Shown here: one piece after another, positions 46,355 to 57,130 of the stretch | How positions within the stretch are numbered: the first letter of the stretch is position 1 | Layout of the letters: each line of letters begins with the position of its first letter | Source: an uncultured Bacillota bacterium | GTDB taxonomy: Bacteria > Bacillota_I > Bacilli_A > RF39 > UBA660 | Length of the DNA: 64,000 nt | NCBI GenBank assembly: GCA_947168485.1 | Contig: CAMVLZ010000002.1 | Span: 36,523-100,522, forward strand | Direction: 5' to 3' | Made by a program: the position numbers and the translations under genes | The notes under the pieces: model-generated | Databases searched by the model: none | Told to the model about the DNA's origin: nothing | The model's input: only the letters and a program-made list of their open reading frames with translations

Positions 46355-47473
46355 TTAATAATTTCTATCTCTTAAGAAAATAGGAATATCATCATTATCT
46401 TCAACAACAGGTTTTCTAGTAGCAAACATATCATTTGATACTTCCTCTGTTCTTGTAGGAGTTGCTCTTCTAGGAACTTTTTCAGCTTCTAATTCTTCAT
46501 GTCTTTTCTTCTCTTCTTTTTCTGCTTTGTCAAATCCAGTAGCAATTACAGTAACAATTACTTCTTCAGATAAATTTTCATTAATTACAGAACCAAAGAT
46601 TGTATTAATATCAGTATTTGATGCTGCTCTAACAACTTCAGCTGCTTGTTCAGCTTCAAATAATGTTAAATTAACTCCACCTGTAATATTGATAATAGCA
46701 TCAGTAGCACCTTCGATAGAAGATTCTAATAATGGAGAAGATACTGCTTGTTTAGCAGCTTCAATAGCTCTTTCTTCACCCATACCAATACCAATACCAA
46801 TAATTGCTCTACCAGAATCTTTCATGATTGATTTAATATCAGCAAAATCTAAGTTTACTAAACCAACAACAGCAATCAAATCTGAAATTGATTGAACACC
46901 ACGACGAAGTACATTATCTACTTCTTTAAATGCTTCTAACATTGGTGTAGTCTTATCAATAATCTCTCTTAATCTATCATTAGGAATAACAATTAGAGTA
47001 TCTACATGTTTTTTTAATTCTTCAATTCCTTCTAAAGCATTTTCCATTCTTCTCTTACCTTCAAATGAGAATGGTTTAGTAACGATAGCTACAGTTAATG
47101 CTCCTAAAGCTTGTGAAATTTCAGCAACTACAGCAGCAGCACCAGTACCAGTTCCACCACCCATTCCACAAGTGATGAATACCATATCAGCACCACTTAA
47201 TGCTTCTTCTATTTCTTTTTTAGATTCTACAGCTGATTCTCTACCTACATCAGGTTTTCCTCCAGCACCAAGTCCATCAGTTAATGTAGCACCAATTTGA
47301 ATTTTAACATCTGCTTTAGAATTATTTAAAACTTGAAGATCAGTATTAGCTGCGATAAATTCAACACCCTTAACACCAGATTCGACCATCCTGTTAACGG
47401 CGTTTCCTCCACCACCACCAAGTCCAATAACTTTAATCTTCGCTAATTGATCCATCTCTAATCCGCCTGTCAT
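46355..47473 (-). CDS. ftsZ: cell division protein FtsZ
   Basis: [13 protein letters not shown] and [17 protein letters not shown] is GGAGG. Confidence 0.97.
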   Translation of the reverse strand: MTGGLEMDQLAKIKVIGLGGGGGNAVNRMVESGVKGVEFIAANTDLQVLNNSKADVKIQIGATLTDGLGAGGKPDVGRESAVESKKEIEEALSGADMVFITCGMGGGTGTGAAAVVAEISQALGALTVAIVTKPFSFEGKRRMENALEGIEELKKHVDTLIVIPNDRLREIIDKTTPMLEAFKEVDNVLRRGVQSISDLIAVVGLVNLDFADIKSIMKDSGRAIIGIGIGMGEERAIEAAKQAVSSPLLESSIEGATDAIINITGGVNLTLFEAEQAAEVVRAASNTDINTIFGSVINENLSEEVIVTVIATGFDKAEKEEKKRHEELEAEKVPRRATPTRTEEVSNDMFATRKPVVEDNDDIPIFLRDRNY

Positions 47474-47485
47474 ACCTTATCCTCC

Positions 47486-48724
47486 TTAAACATCAAAGAA
47501 ATGCCCAAAAACTTTACTAACAAATCCATCATTAGTAGACATTCCTTCTCCAATAGAAACTATATTATTTAATTCTTCATTATTTACCATATTATAAGAT
47601 TTTCCTCTAAGAGTCAACTTATCATCAAAATAAATACAACTTCCTAAAGCACTAGAATACTTATTATGTCTAATACCCATAATATTAATTTTGCATACTT
47701 TGCATAGACCATTAAAATATATTTCTACCAAGTGATCCATACCATTCATTTCAGACAAACCACCTGTTATAATTATATAACTAATTTTTCTATTTGTTAA
47801 GTTTTTTATCTCATCATAAGATAATTTAAGTATTTCTCTAACTCTAGCTTCTACTACTTTAGAAACTCCAACTTGTTTTAATACCTTATCATTACCTTCT
47901 CTATCTTGAATAACATATTCCTCATTACTATCAGCATCATCACCTATAGCATAAGCGAATTCTTCCTTAACTTCTCTTGCAACATCATTATTACAATTAA
48001 ACATATAAGATATATCTCTATCTACATGAACACTACCCATATTAATAACATTATTCTTAATTTGAATACCTTTATTAAATATAGAAACATTAGTAGAATC
48101 TTCACCAATATTAATGATTGCTCCTACTTCTTTATCATATTCATCATTCTTAACAGAAAAATAGTCTCCAGTAGATTTAAAACATACATCAACAGAATCA
48201 ACACCAGCTAACTTAATAGCCTCTAACATTCTATACATAGAACTCTTATTAATAGAACTAATTACTATTTTAGATTCAAGTACTTTTCCTTCACAATTTT
48301 TAGGATCATATACTTTTTTAACTCCATCAATAACAAAATTAATAGGAGTAGAAGTAACTAATTCTTGATCTCCAAAATCTATAGAACTAATAGTTTCATT
48401 CATTAAATTACTAATATCAACTCCACTAATCTTATTAGGATCCTCTACTTCAACTTTACCTTGAACAATATCCATATTAAGATCAATAGGATTAAGACAA
48501 CAAATAGCCTTATCTATTTTTAATCCTAACATCTCTTCTATATCATTTAAAGCTTCCCTAATAACTTCAGCTAACTTTCTAACATTAGTAACCTCTCCAT
48601 GATGTACAAAAGTAGAAGGTTTACAACTACTAGCTAAAAGATTAAAAGAGTTCTTTATCTTTTCAACAACAACAATTTTTACACTATCAGTACCAACATC
48701 AATACCAGTATAAATATTACTCAT
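47486..48724 (-). CDS. ftsA: cell division protein FtsA
   Basis: Actin-like fold (IYTGIDVGTDSVKIVV...), positioned directly upstream of ftsZ. Confidence 0.9.
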   Translation of the reverse strand: MSNIYTGIDVGTDSVKIVVVEKIKNSFNLLASSCKPSTFVHHGEVTNVRKLAEVIREALNDIEEMLGLKIDKAICCLNPIDLNMDIVQGKVEVEDPNKISGVDISNLMNETISSIDFGDQELVTSTPINFVIDGVKKVYDPKNCEGKVLESKIVISSINKSSMYRMLEAIKLAGVDSVDVCFKSTGDYFSVKNDEYDKEVGAIINIGEDSTNVSIFNKGIQIKNNVINMGSVHVDRDISYMFNCNNDVAREVKEEFAYAIGDDADSNEEYVIQDREGNDKVLKQVGVSKVVEARVREILKLSYDEIKNLTNRKISYIIITGGLSEMNGMDHLVEIYFNGLCKVCKINIMGIRHNKYSSALGSCIYFDDKLTLRGKSYNMVNNEELNNIVSIGEGMSTNDGFVSKVFGHFFDV

Positions 48725-48807
48725 AGTCTTCCTCCTACCATATAAATTAATTATACAATAAATAAATTAGTTTGACTAGATTTTTCTAATAAAAAAGACT
48801 AAGAATA

Positions 48808-49497
48808 CTATTTCTTAATCTTAAAATGATTACCATTATCTAAATATAAAACACCCTTATGTTTACCAAGTTGAGCAATTACTTCATTATAATAATTTAA
48901 TTTAGAAAACTTAGTTAAAGTAATATAAATAATATTATCATCATCCATATATAATCTAAATCTATCTTTATCTATATCATTAGGAACATACTCAATATCA
49001 CTAATTCTAGATAAAATATCACTCTTAATTTTACTTAAACCCTCTATAAAAGAATCATACTTCTTTTTAGGTACATAATTCAATAGTCTAGGTATATTAG
49101 TATCAAACTCCATATCTTTAGAATCAATACTACTACCATCACTAAATACTATTTTCTCATTATAATTATCATTAATAACAGGAGTATTCTCATCTATATT
49201 TAATTCAATAACTCTATAGAATTTTTTCTTACAATTAACATCTTTTATATATACAGATTTCTTTAATTTCTTTTCTAATTCAAAACAAGTAGTATATACA
49301 AAACTAGGATAATCTTTAATATCAGCTTTCTCAATAATATAATCATCTTTAATATAAGAAGTATTATTTATATTAATATTAAGAATAGGTTTATCTAAAG
49401 AAAATTTAACTACTAAAACAATACCTATAATAACAATTATAAGTATTAAGAAAGGTATTATTTTAATTTTCTTTTTTTTCACTATTCTTTTAGCCAT
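48808..49497 (-). CDS. divIB: cell division protein DivIB/FtsQ
   Basis: Basic N-terminus, a single TM and a POTRA-like domain, in the conserved position between murB and ftsA. Confidence 0.75.
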   Translation of the reverse strand: MAKRIVKKKKIKIIPFLILIIVIIGIVLVVKFSLDKPILNININNTSYIKDDYIIEKADIKDYPSFVYTTCFELEKKLKKSVYIKDVNCKKKFYRVIELNIDENTPVINDNYNEKIVFSDGSSIDSKDMEFDTNIPRLLNYVPKKKYDSFIEGLSKIKSDILSRISDIEYVPNDIDKDRFRLYMDDDNIIYITLTKFSKLNYYNEVIAQLGKHKGVLYLDNGNHFKIKK

Positions 49498-49498
49498 A

Positions 49499-50407
49499 CT
49501 ACTCCCAATTTACAAATTCTTGTTCTATTTTTAAATCTACTCCATATTTTTCTAATACAGTATCATGAACTAACATGATTAATGAATGAATATCTTCTCC
49601 AGTAGCATTATTATCATTAACAATGAAATTAGCATGTTTTTCCGATACTACTGCTCCACCAATTCTTTTTCCTTTTAAACCAGCTTCTTCTATTAAACGA
49701 CCAGCAAAGTCATCACTAGGATTTCTAAATACTGATCCACATGAAGGAAACTCTAATGGTTGAGAAGATACTCTTCTTTTCTTTCTCTCTTCTATAACAG
49801 ATTCTATTGCTTCTTTTTTACCTTTTCTTAAGTGAAGAGTTGCCTCTAAACAAATATATTCAGGATGTTTTTGTAAAAATGATGTTCTATAATGAAAATC
49901 AAGTTCAGCATTAGTTAAAGTAATAACCTCAAGTTTATCAGTTAATACCTTACAACTAGAAACAATATAACCCATATCACTCTTATAAGCACCAGCATTC
50001 ATAAATACAGCACCACCTACTGTACCAGGTATACCAGATGCAAACTCTAATCCAGTTAACCCTCTTTTAGCACATCTTAAACTTAATTTAATAAGAGAAA
50101 AACCTGCTCCTACTTTAACTCTATTATTACTAATAAATTTACAAGTATCAAAATTCTTTAAGTTAATTAAAACACCTTCATACTCTTTATCACTAAAAAG
50201 TAAATTAGAACCATTACCTATAACTTTATATTTAATATCACGACTCTTAAGTAATTTAATTAACTCAATCAATTGCTGTACCTTACTAGGATACGCAACA
50301 ATCCTCGCAATTCCACCAGCTTTATAAGTACTTAACTTAATCATATTAACATTTTCATCTAATTTAACATTTAATTTTTTAATATCTTTTACTAAATCAT
50401 TCATCAT
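49499..50407 (-). CDS. murB: UDP-N-acetylenolpyruvoylglucosamine reductase
   Basis: FAD-binding domain (STYKAGGIARIVAYP...GNGSNLLF). The ATGATG start overlaps the murG stop (ATGATGAATGA), so the track start at 50464 is an extension. Confidence 0.9.
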   Translation of the reverse strand: MMNDLVKDIKKLNVKLDENVNMIKLSTYKAGGIARIVAYPSKVQQLIELIKLLKSRDIKYKVIGNGSNLLFSDKEYEGVLINLKNFDTCKFISNNRVKVGAGFSLIKLSLRCAKRGLTGLEFASGIPGTVGGAVFMNAGAYKSDMGYIVSSCKVLTDKLEVITLTNAELDFHYRTSFLQKHPEYICLEATLHLRKGKKEAIESVIEERKKRRVSSQPLEFPSCGSVFRNPSDDFAGRLIEEAGLKGKRIGGAVVSEKHANFIVNDNNATGEDIHSLIMLVHDTVLEKYGVDLKIEQEFVNWE

Positions 50408-51479
50408 GCGCAATAACCTCTTTAATAACTTTATATATTCTACTACTAGAATCTTTAATACCAAGTTTCAAACTATTTTCATGCATCTCATCATATAAAT
50501 TCTTATCATCAAATAATTTATCTATTTCAGGTATAATACTATTCTTATCAAACTCATCTTCAGTAATTAACTTAATAGCACCAGCTTCTTGTAATTCTAA
50601 AGCATTCTTATATTGATGATTATGAGTAACATAAGGACTAGGTACAAGTATTGCAGGTAAACCTATCGCAGTAATCTCAGCTATAGTAGATGCTCCAGCT
50701 CTACTAACAATCAAATCACTATCCTTAAGTATATTAATTAAATTATCACAATACTCAACAATCTTTACATTATTTGAAACATCTAAATCTTTATACTCAT
50801 CATAATAATTCTTACCAGTAATAACAAGTACACTATAATTTTTATTCTTAAAAGAAGGAATTAACTCTTTTAATTTTAAAGTCATAGTAGTAGATCCTAA
50901 ACTACCCATAACAAATACAACTAACTTTGTATCTTTAAATCCTAACTCAGTTTTAGAACATTTTTTAACTTTAATAATCTCTTCACTACGAGGATTACCA
51001 GTATATACAGTTTTATCTTTAGGAAAATATTTAATACTTCCAGGTAAAGATACACATATTTTAGAAACTTTATTCTTAACTAATTTATTAGATAATCCAG
51101 GTATAGAATTTTGTTCATGAATAACAGTAGGAATACCCAACTTAAAAGCACTCTTCAAAACAGGTAATGTAATATATCCACCAACACCAATAACTACATC
51201 AGGATTAAATTCTTTTAATGTATCATACGCTTTCTTTTTAGCATTCAAATACTTCTTCAAAACAGAAACATTCTTAAATATATTTTTTCTATTTAAACCA
51301 ACAATCTCTAATCCAACAAAATCAATACCTAGTTTAGGAATAATATCTTTCTCCATCCTATCACTAGTACCAATATATAAAAAAGTAGCTTTCTTATCTT
51401 CTTCTTTTATTTTATTAATAATCGCTATCGCAGGATAAATGTGTCCACCACTACCTCCAGCACATACTACGTATTTCAT
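50397..51479 (-). CDS. murG: undecaprenyldiphospho-muramoylpentapeptide beta-N-acetylglucosaminyltransferase
   Basis: AGGSGGHIYPAIAI... and a C-terminal RAGASTIAEI. Confidence 0.92.
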   Translation of the reverse strand: MKYVVCAGGSGGHIYPAIAIINKIKEEDKKATFLYIGTSDRMEKDIIPKLGIDFVGLEIVGLNRKNIFKNVSVLKKYLNAKKKAYDTLKEFNPDVVIGVGGYITLPVLKSAFKLGIPTVIHEQNSIPGLSNKLVKNKVSKICVSLPGSIKYFPKDKTVYTGNPRSEEIIKVKKCSKTELGFKDTKLVVFVMGSLGSTTMTLKLKELIPSFKNKNYSVLVITGKNYYDEYKDLDVSNNVKIVEYCDNLINILKDSDLIVSRAGASTIAEITAIGLPAILVPSPYVTHNHQYKNALELQEAGAIKLITEDEFDKNSIIPEIDKLFDDKNLYDEMHENSLKLGIKDSSSRIYKVIKEVIAHDE

Positions 51480-51561
51480 GAAATCACCTCATAGTTATTC
51501 ACAATAATTATACACTATATATACACAAATTAAAAGTAAACAAACATCTAAAAGTGTAAAT

Positions 51562-51587
51562 AAAAAAGGGGATTTATTCTAATCTCC
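51562..51587 (-). terminator. intrinsic terminator after the 420-aa gene
   Basis: GGAGAUU-AGAAUA-AAUCCCC followed by U6. Confidence 0.6.
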
Positions 51588-51600
51588 TCCTTGTTAAATC

Positions 51601-52863
51601 TCATTCAACAACATATGGATCAGACTTACTGCCTGTTCCTCCAGTATATTCTATGCCTGGTGTCAAAGAAATTGTGGGACGAACACCCATACCGAGATTG
51701 ACAATGTACTTGCCATAGTTACCTGTAGAGTCGACATAACGCTCATTAGCATAGTTGGCGCTGAAGCGGTTAGGCGACATAAGCCAGTAAGATTCTCCTG
51801 TCTTTCGTAAATTACTATTATTTAATAAATATATCTCTGGGTATGTTAGTAAGCCTACTGGATATGTTAATTTTGCTTTATTATTACTTACACTAAATTT
51901 ATCTGTATCATTTGTACAACTTAAATCACTATTTGAATTATAATTCTTGAATTCTAAATAACCTGTTTCACTTCCTCCATTTGGATTCCATCCATTTGTC
52001 TGTTGATTACTTTGACTTCGATCATTACAGAATATTGTATCTTCTAAATAACTTGTATAACTAGTCAAATTAGATGCATACCAATTATCTATATATGCCT
52101 TTATAGTTGAGTCTGTTTGATTTGTACTATCTGCTGATAACATATCTTCTAAACATTCTTCTATTGTTCTTCCATCATTTATTTCTGTATACCAATTAAT
52201 ATAGTAATAATATCTTACTGTACTACATGTTCCTGTAGTATTATTACATGTATAATGATGATTTGCATCATATGTTGTTGAAGTATTGGTTAAAGTGTAT
52301 GTTCCTCCACTATAACTTATCCCTTTTCCAAATAAACTTCCACTTGTTGCTGCAGAGTTAGCTGTAGAAGTTATTAAAGTAGAAGGATTATACATATATC
52401 CTACATGTGCTGGTGAATTATAGCTTGGATTGAAAGCTGATGTCCCTATTGTTCCAGTATTATTACATCGTCCAAGACTTGGCGTTCCGTTATAGACTAA
52501 TTTTACTCCTCCTGTATCTGTTGTTCTTATCATTCGCCAACAGAATCCTCCAAATATTACATTCCATTTATCTAAAATCGCTGTAGCATTTGTATCATTA
52601 CTTCCATACCAATAATAAATACTTTTAGTTGGCTCTTCTGTAAATGAATCATGATGAGACCCTGTATATTCTTTGGCATATGTTCCTACATTAGCCTCTG
52701 CTTCCAAAACATCATATAGAGGAATTCCTGGTGCTCGATATTCAATATCTCCAGCTATATTTAAATTTTGATTTAAAGCACCAAAACCTACACTTATTAG
52801 TGTAGTTATAAAGCATTGTATTGTTATAAATAAAGTTATAAAGAAATTATAATTATTTTTCAT
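51601..52863 (-). CDS. exported hypothetical protein with a YWLxSP...GVRP C-terminal module; compositionally foreign
   Basis: N-terminal signal-anchor. The C-terminus (SYWLMSPNRF...NLGMGVRPTISL) resembles the DUF6273-type motif as I recall it. GC is 28-50% against ~20-25% in the flanks. ATG at 52863 is preceded by GGAG. Confidence 0.65.
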   Translation of the reverse strand: MKNNYNFFITLFITIQCFITTLISVGFGALNQNLNIAGDIEYRAPGIPLYDVLEAEANVGTYAKEYTGSHHDSFTEEPTKSIYYWYGSNDTNATAILDKWNVIFGGFCWRMIRTTDTGGVKLVYNGTPSLGRCNNTGTIGTSAFNPSYNSPAHVGYMYNPSTLITSTANSAATSGSLFGKGISYSGGTYTLTNTSTTYDANHHYTCNNTTGTCSTVRYYYYINWYTEINDGRTIEECLEDMLSADSTNQTDSTIKAYIDNWYASNLTSYTSYLEDTIFCNDRSQSNQQTNGWNPNGGSETGYLEFKNYNSNSDLSCTNDTDKFSVSNNKAKLTYPVGLLTYPEIYLLNNSNLRKTGESYWLMSPNRFSANYANERYVDSTGNYGKYIVNLGMGVRPTISLTPGIEYTGGTGSKSDPYVVE

Positions 52864-53009
52864 TCTAATCTCCATAGCATTATATTATATAATATATCAT
52901 ACAAAAATTTAAATATAAAGTGATAACAATCATTTAATCAAAAAGTGTTGCAAACAATTATGACAATAATTAATTAAAATATGTTAAAATATACGCAGGA
53001 AGTGATCTT

Positions 53010-54155
53010 ATGACTATTGGTATAATTGCTGAATATAATCCATTTCATAATGGACATGTTTATTTAATTGAAGAAATTAAGAAAAAGTATCCTGATTCTA
53101 CTTTAGTTTTAGTATTGAGTGGAAACTTTACTCAAAGAGGAATACCTTCTATTATGAATAAATGGGATAAGACTGATATATCTTTAAAATATGGAATTGA
53201 TTTAGTAGTTGAATTACCAATACCATTTGTTATCCAATCAGCTGATTATTTCTCATATGGAGGAGTTACTCTATTAGAGAAATTAAAAGTAGATAAATTA
53301 ATCTTTGGATCAGAATCTAATGATATATCTATATTAGAAAAGATAGCTGAAATACAACTAAATAATCCTGAATTTGATAACTTAGTAAAACTATATTGTA
53401 AGAGTGGTTATAACTACCCTACATCTTTATCTCTCGCAATAGAAGAACTATCAGGTGATAAGATTACTACTCCTAATGATTTACTAGGTATTAGTTATAT
53501 TAAAACTATTAAAGAAAATAATTATAATTTAAAGTACGAATGTATTAAAAGAACTAATGATTATAATTCAGATAAGTTAGAAGAAGAAATCTCTTCTGCA
53601 ACAGCTATAAGAAAAGCTATAAAAGATAAAGTTAATATAGAAAAACAAGTACCTAAAGAAGTACTAAGTTATTTAAATAAACCTATATTTATAGATGATT
53701 ATTTTAAATACTTAAAATATAAAATTATTACTGAAGATGATTTATCTATTTATAATAGTGTTGATAAAGATATAGAATCCAAATTAAAAAAAGAGATAAT
53801 TAATTCTCATAGTATAGATGAATATATTAATAAATTAAAAACTAAAAGATATACTTATAATAGACTAAGTAGAATGTTATTACATATAATATTAAATTTT
53901 ACTAAAGAGAAATCTATCCTTTTCAAGAACATAAGTTATATAAGACTATTAGGTTTCAATGATAAAGGACGTATTTATTTGAATAGTATAAAAAAAGATA
54001 TTGAATTACCTATAATAAGTAAAATTAATAGAGAAAAAGATGAGATGTTATCATATGAAATAGAAACTACTAAGATATATGGTCTTATTTATGATAATAT
54101 TGATGAATTAATAGATAAAGAATATCAAAATAAATTATATAAGGAGGAGTTATGA
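53010..54155 (+). CDS. tmcAL: tRNA(Met) cytidine acetate ligase (YlbM/TmcAL family)
   Basis: AEYNPFHNGH...SGNFTQRG...DLVVELP. Confidence 0.85.
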   Translation: MTIGIIAEYNPFHNGHVYLIEEIKKKYPDSTLVLVLSGNFTQRGIPSIMNKWDKTDISLKYGIDLVVELPIPFVIQSADYFSYGGVTLLEKLKVDKLIFGSESNDISILEKIAEIQLNNPEFDNLVKLYCKSGYNYPTSLSLAIEELSGDKITTPNDLLGISYIKTIKENNYNLKYECIKRTNDYNSDKLEEEISSATAIRKAIKDKVNIEKQVPKEVLSYLNKPIFIDDYFKYLKYKIITEDDLSIYNSVDKDIESKLKKEIINSHSIDEYINKLKTKRYTYNRLSRMLLHIILNFTKEKSILFKNISYIRLLGFNDKGRIYLNSIKKDIELPIISKINREKDEMLSYEIETTKIYGLIYDNIDELIDKEYQNKLYKEEL

Positions 54156-54463
54156 AAGAAGCTTTACAAAGTTATTTAAATGAATTAGAAGAAAGTAAAA
54201 ATATTGATCAAGATAAGTTATTAAAAAATATAGAGATATTTCAACATGAAAGATTAATACATTTAATAGTAACTGTCTTTGTAGGTATAAGTACTATTAT
54301 CTTCTTTGGATTAGGTTTAATAATTGAAAATATTTTATTATTAATACTATCTTTAATAACATTAATATTATTTTCATTTTATATATTTCATTATTACTTC
54401 TTAGAAAATTCTGTACAAAAACTATATACTTATTATTGGAATAAGAAAAAGGATTCTAAATAG
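54152..54463 (+). CDS. small membrane protein
   Basis: Overlaps tmcAL by 4 nt (ATGA). Two hydrophobic helices. Confidence 0.55.
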   Translation: MKEALQSYLNELEESKNIDQDKLLKNIEIFQHERLIHLIVTVFVGISTIIFFGLGLIIENILLLILSLITLILFSFYIFHYYFLENSVQKLYTYYWNKKKDSK

Positions 54464-54474
54464 AATCCTTTTAA
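54445..54474. terminator. bidirectional terminator
   Basis: AAGGATTCTA-AA-TAGAATCCTT palindrome between convergent genes. Confidence 0.6.
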
Positions 54475-55880
54475 ATTTCTTCAATTTTCATTAAGTTAGT
54501 TGGATTACTTTCTCCTGTAGTTGGGAAACTTCCAGTTAATATGATAATATCTCCTTTTTGTAAACTCATAAATGATTTACTTCTCTTTATATTTTCTTCT
54601 AACATTTCATCAGTTGAATTATAAAAAGGTATTACTTTAGTATATACTCCCCAATTAAGAGAAAGTCTTCTACATATTTTATCATTAGGACACATAGCAA
54701 GTATAAATGCATCTGGTTTTAAATTACTTATTACTTGAGCAGTTTCTCCACTAATAGTAGAAGCAACTATAAGTTTAGCATTTAATCTATTAGCTGAATT
54801 AACTACGGCTTGGCATATTGCATCTACTGGATCATTTAATGTAGAATTTTCATCTATATAATCAAATGTAGAATATTCTTCAGTTACTTCACAAATCTTA
54901 CCCATAGCTGCAACTGTCTCAACTGGATGCATTCCTAAAGTAGTCTCTCCAGATAACATAACAGCATCTGTTCCATCTAGTACAGCATTCGCAATATCAG
55001 ATGTTTCTGCTCTTTTTGGTCTATTATCTTCCATCATAGACTCAAGCATTTCAGTCGCTACTATCGCAATCTTTCCTTTTTCACGTGCTTTCTTAATTAA
55101 TTGTTTTTGGATGATAGGTAACTTCTCACTAGCAACTTCAGAACCTAAGTCACCTCTCGCAATCATGATACCATCACTCTCATCTAATATCGCATCTATA
55201 TTATCAATACCTAATTTACTTTCAATTTTACTAATTATTTTTAAATCAGTACGATCATAATTCTTTAATAATTGTTTTATTTCTAATACATTATCTACAG
55301 TATTAACAAAACTTATAGCTAAAAATTCACAATCATTATTACAAGCATATTCAATATCTCTTTTATCTTGAACAGATACATAAGGTAATTCTAAATAAAC
55401 ACTAGGTACACTTATACTCTTATGATTACCTATTTCTCCACCAATAAGTATCTTACATAATAATCCTTCATTATCTTTATCAGTAACAACTAATTTTACT
55501 TTTCCATTTTCAAGTAAAATAGTATCATCAACATTAATCTTATCTAAAGCATCAGGATGATTAGTACTAAATCTTTCACTATTACCTTTTACTTTATCTT
55601 TAACAATCTTAATATCTTTACCTTCAACAAGATTTACTTTATCTCCTTCAAAAGAACCAGTTCTAAATTCAGGACCACGAGTATCAAATAATAAACCTAC
55701 TTGTTTACCAGTTTGTTTTCTAACTTCTTCTAAATTTTTAATAATTTGGTCTTTTTCTTCATAACTCCCATGTGAAAAATTACATCTCGCAACATTCATC
55801 CCATTAATAGCCATTTGACTCATAATTTCAACACTATTACTAGCGGGACCAATACTGCATATAATTTTTGTCTTCTTCAT
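54471..55880 (-). CDS. pyk: pyruvate kinase
   Basis: MKKTKIICSIGPAS...NFSHG...MIARGDLG. ATG at 55880 is preceded by GGTGA, so the track start is an extension into mutM. Confidence 0.92.
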   Translation of the reverse strand: MKKTKIICSIGPASNSVEIMSQMAINGMNVARCNFSHGSYEEKDQIIKNLEEVRKQTGKQVGLLFDTRGPEFRTGSFEGDKVNLVEGKDIKIVKDKVKGNSERFSTNHPDALDKINVDDTILLENGKVKLVVTDKDNEGLLCKILIGGEIGNHKSISVPSVYLELPYVSVQDKRDIEYACNNDCEFLAISFVNTVDNVLEIKQLLKNYDRTDLKIISKIESKLGIDNIDAILDESDGIMIARGDLGSEVASEKLPIIQKQLIKKAREKGKIAIVATEMLESMMEDNRPKRAETSDIANAVLDGTDAVMLSGETTLGMHPVETVAAMGKICEVTEEYSTFDYIDENSTLNDPVDAICQAVVNSANRLNAKLIVASTISGETAQVISNLKPDAFILAMCPNDKICRRLSLNWGVYTKVIPFYNSTDEMLEENIKRSKSFMSLQKGDIIILTGSFPTTGESNPTNLMKIEEI

Positions 55881-55902
55881 ATCATCACCATTTATATTAT
55901 AC

Positions 55903-56721
55903 TTATTTTTGACACTTATTACAATAATAAGTTCCTCTTCCTCCAACCTTAGTTTTCAAAATTTTACTATTACAATTAGGACAAAGTTCACCTTCTTTAC
56001 CATGAACTAATAACTTATTTTGAAATAATCCATGTACTCCTTCAGAACTAGTAAAACTTCTAATAGTAGTACCTCCTAATTTTACAGCTTCACTTAATAC
56101 ATACTTAGTATTCTTAATTATCTTTTCACATTCTTTCTTAGTAATTTTAGATGCTTTTCTTAAAGGAGATATTTTAGATAAAAATAATATCTCATCATCA
56201 TAAATATTACCAATACCTGCAATAATACTTTGATCAAGTAAAACTGTTTTTATAGGTAAATTCTTTTTATGAATTTTCTCATATAAATAATTACTATTTA
56301 ATTCTGAATCATAATAGTCATATCCTAAATCTTTTAATGGTTTTACTGAATTAACTTTATCTTTATCAATTAAATACATCTTACCAAATTTTCTAACATC
56401 TCTATATCTCCAAGATATATCATTATCTAATATTAATTCTACATGTTCATGTTTTTCAAATTCTTGTCCTACTCTTCTAAAAGTAAATTTACCTTCCATT
56501 CTTAAATGTATTAATAAAAAATAATCATCTAATCTAATAACTATAAATTTACCTCTACTAGTAATATCATTAATATTTTGACCTATAATTTTAGTCTTAA
56601 ATTCTAATAAATTAGTCGCGATAATATTATCCCATAATATATTACAACCAGTTATTCTTTTATTAATTATTTTATCTTTTAACCCCAAACACACTGTCAT
56701 TACTTCAGGTTTTTCAGGCAT
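55903..56721 (-). CDS. mutM: formamidopyrimidine-DNA glycosylase
   Basis: N-terminal MPEKPEV (Pro2, Glu3), H2TH and a C-terminal zinc finger CPNC...CNKC. ATG at 56721 is preceded by GAGGTGA. Confidence 0.88.
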   Translation of the reverse strand: MPEKPEVMTVCLGLKDKIINKRITGCNILWDNIIATNLLEFKTKIIGQNINDITSRGKFIVIRLDDYFLLIHLRMEGKFTFRRVGQEFEKHEHVELILDNDISWRYRDVRKFGKMYLIDKDKVNSVKPLKDLGYDYYDSELNSNYLYEKIHKKNLPIKTVLLDQSIIAGIGNIYDDEILFLSKISPLRKASKITKKECEKIIKNTKYVLSEAVKLGGTTIRSFTSSEGVHGLFQNKLLVHGKEGELCPNCNSKILKTKVGGRGTYYCNKCQK

Positions 56722-56788
56722 CTTAATCACCTCAAAATATATTATAACATGATGATAAATTATATGTTATAATAATTATGGTGATAAT

Positions 56789-57040
56789 ATGAAAGCAATA
56801 AAAATACTATCAATAATAACTTTAATTTTATTTATAATAGAAGCTATATTAATTGGAGTACTATATGCTATACCAGGACATCCAGAACTAGGTCTAGCAG
56901 CACTTTTCACATTTGATTTTACAGCAACCATGGCTTTATTAGTTATTATCGCAACAATTGGTGAAATAATAGTAGCTCTATTAATAAGTATAGTTATTGT
57001 ATTTATAATTAATTTAATTAAAAAGAAAAAATCAAAATAA
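56789..57040 (+). CDS. small membrane protein
   Basis: 83 aa, almost entirely hydrophobic, with a KKKKSK tail. Confidence 0.5.
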   Translation: MKAIKILSIITLILFIIEAILIGVLYAIPGHPELGLAALFTFDFTATMALLVIIATIGEIIVALLISIVIVFIINLIKKKKSK

Positions 57041-57064
57041 GTATTAGTCCTCTAATACTTTTTA
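57039..57064 (+). terminator. intrinsic terminator
   Basis: AAGUAUUAG-UCCU-CUAAUACUU followed by UUU. Confidence 0.6.
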
Positions 57065-57076
57065 TATGCTTAAATC

Positions 57077-57105
57077 TTGCAAAAACAATGATTTTATGGT
57101 ATAAT
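57077..57105 (+). promoter_or_regulatory. SigA-type promoter of the Fic-like gene
   Basis: TTGCAA, 17 nt, TGgTATAAT. Confidence 0.7.
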
Positions 57106-57130
57106 TAGCGCTAATTAAGGGGGACTATTT

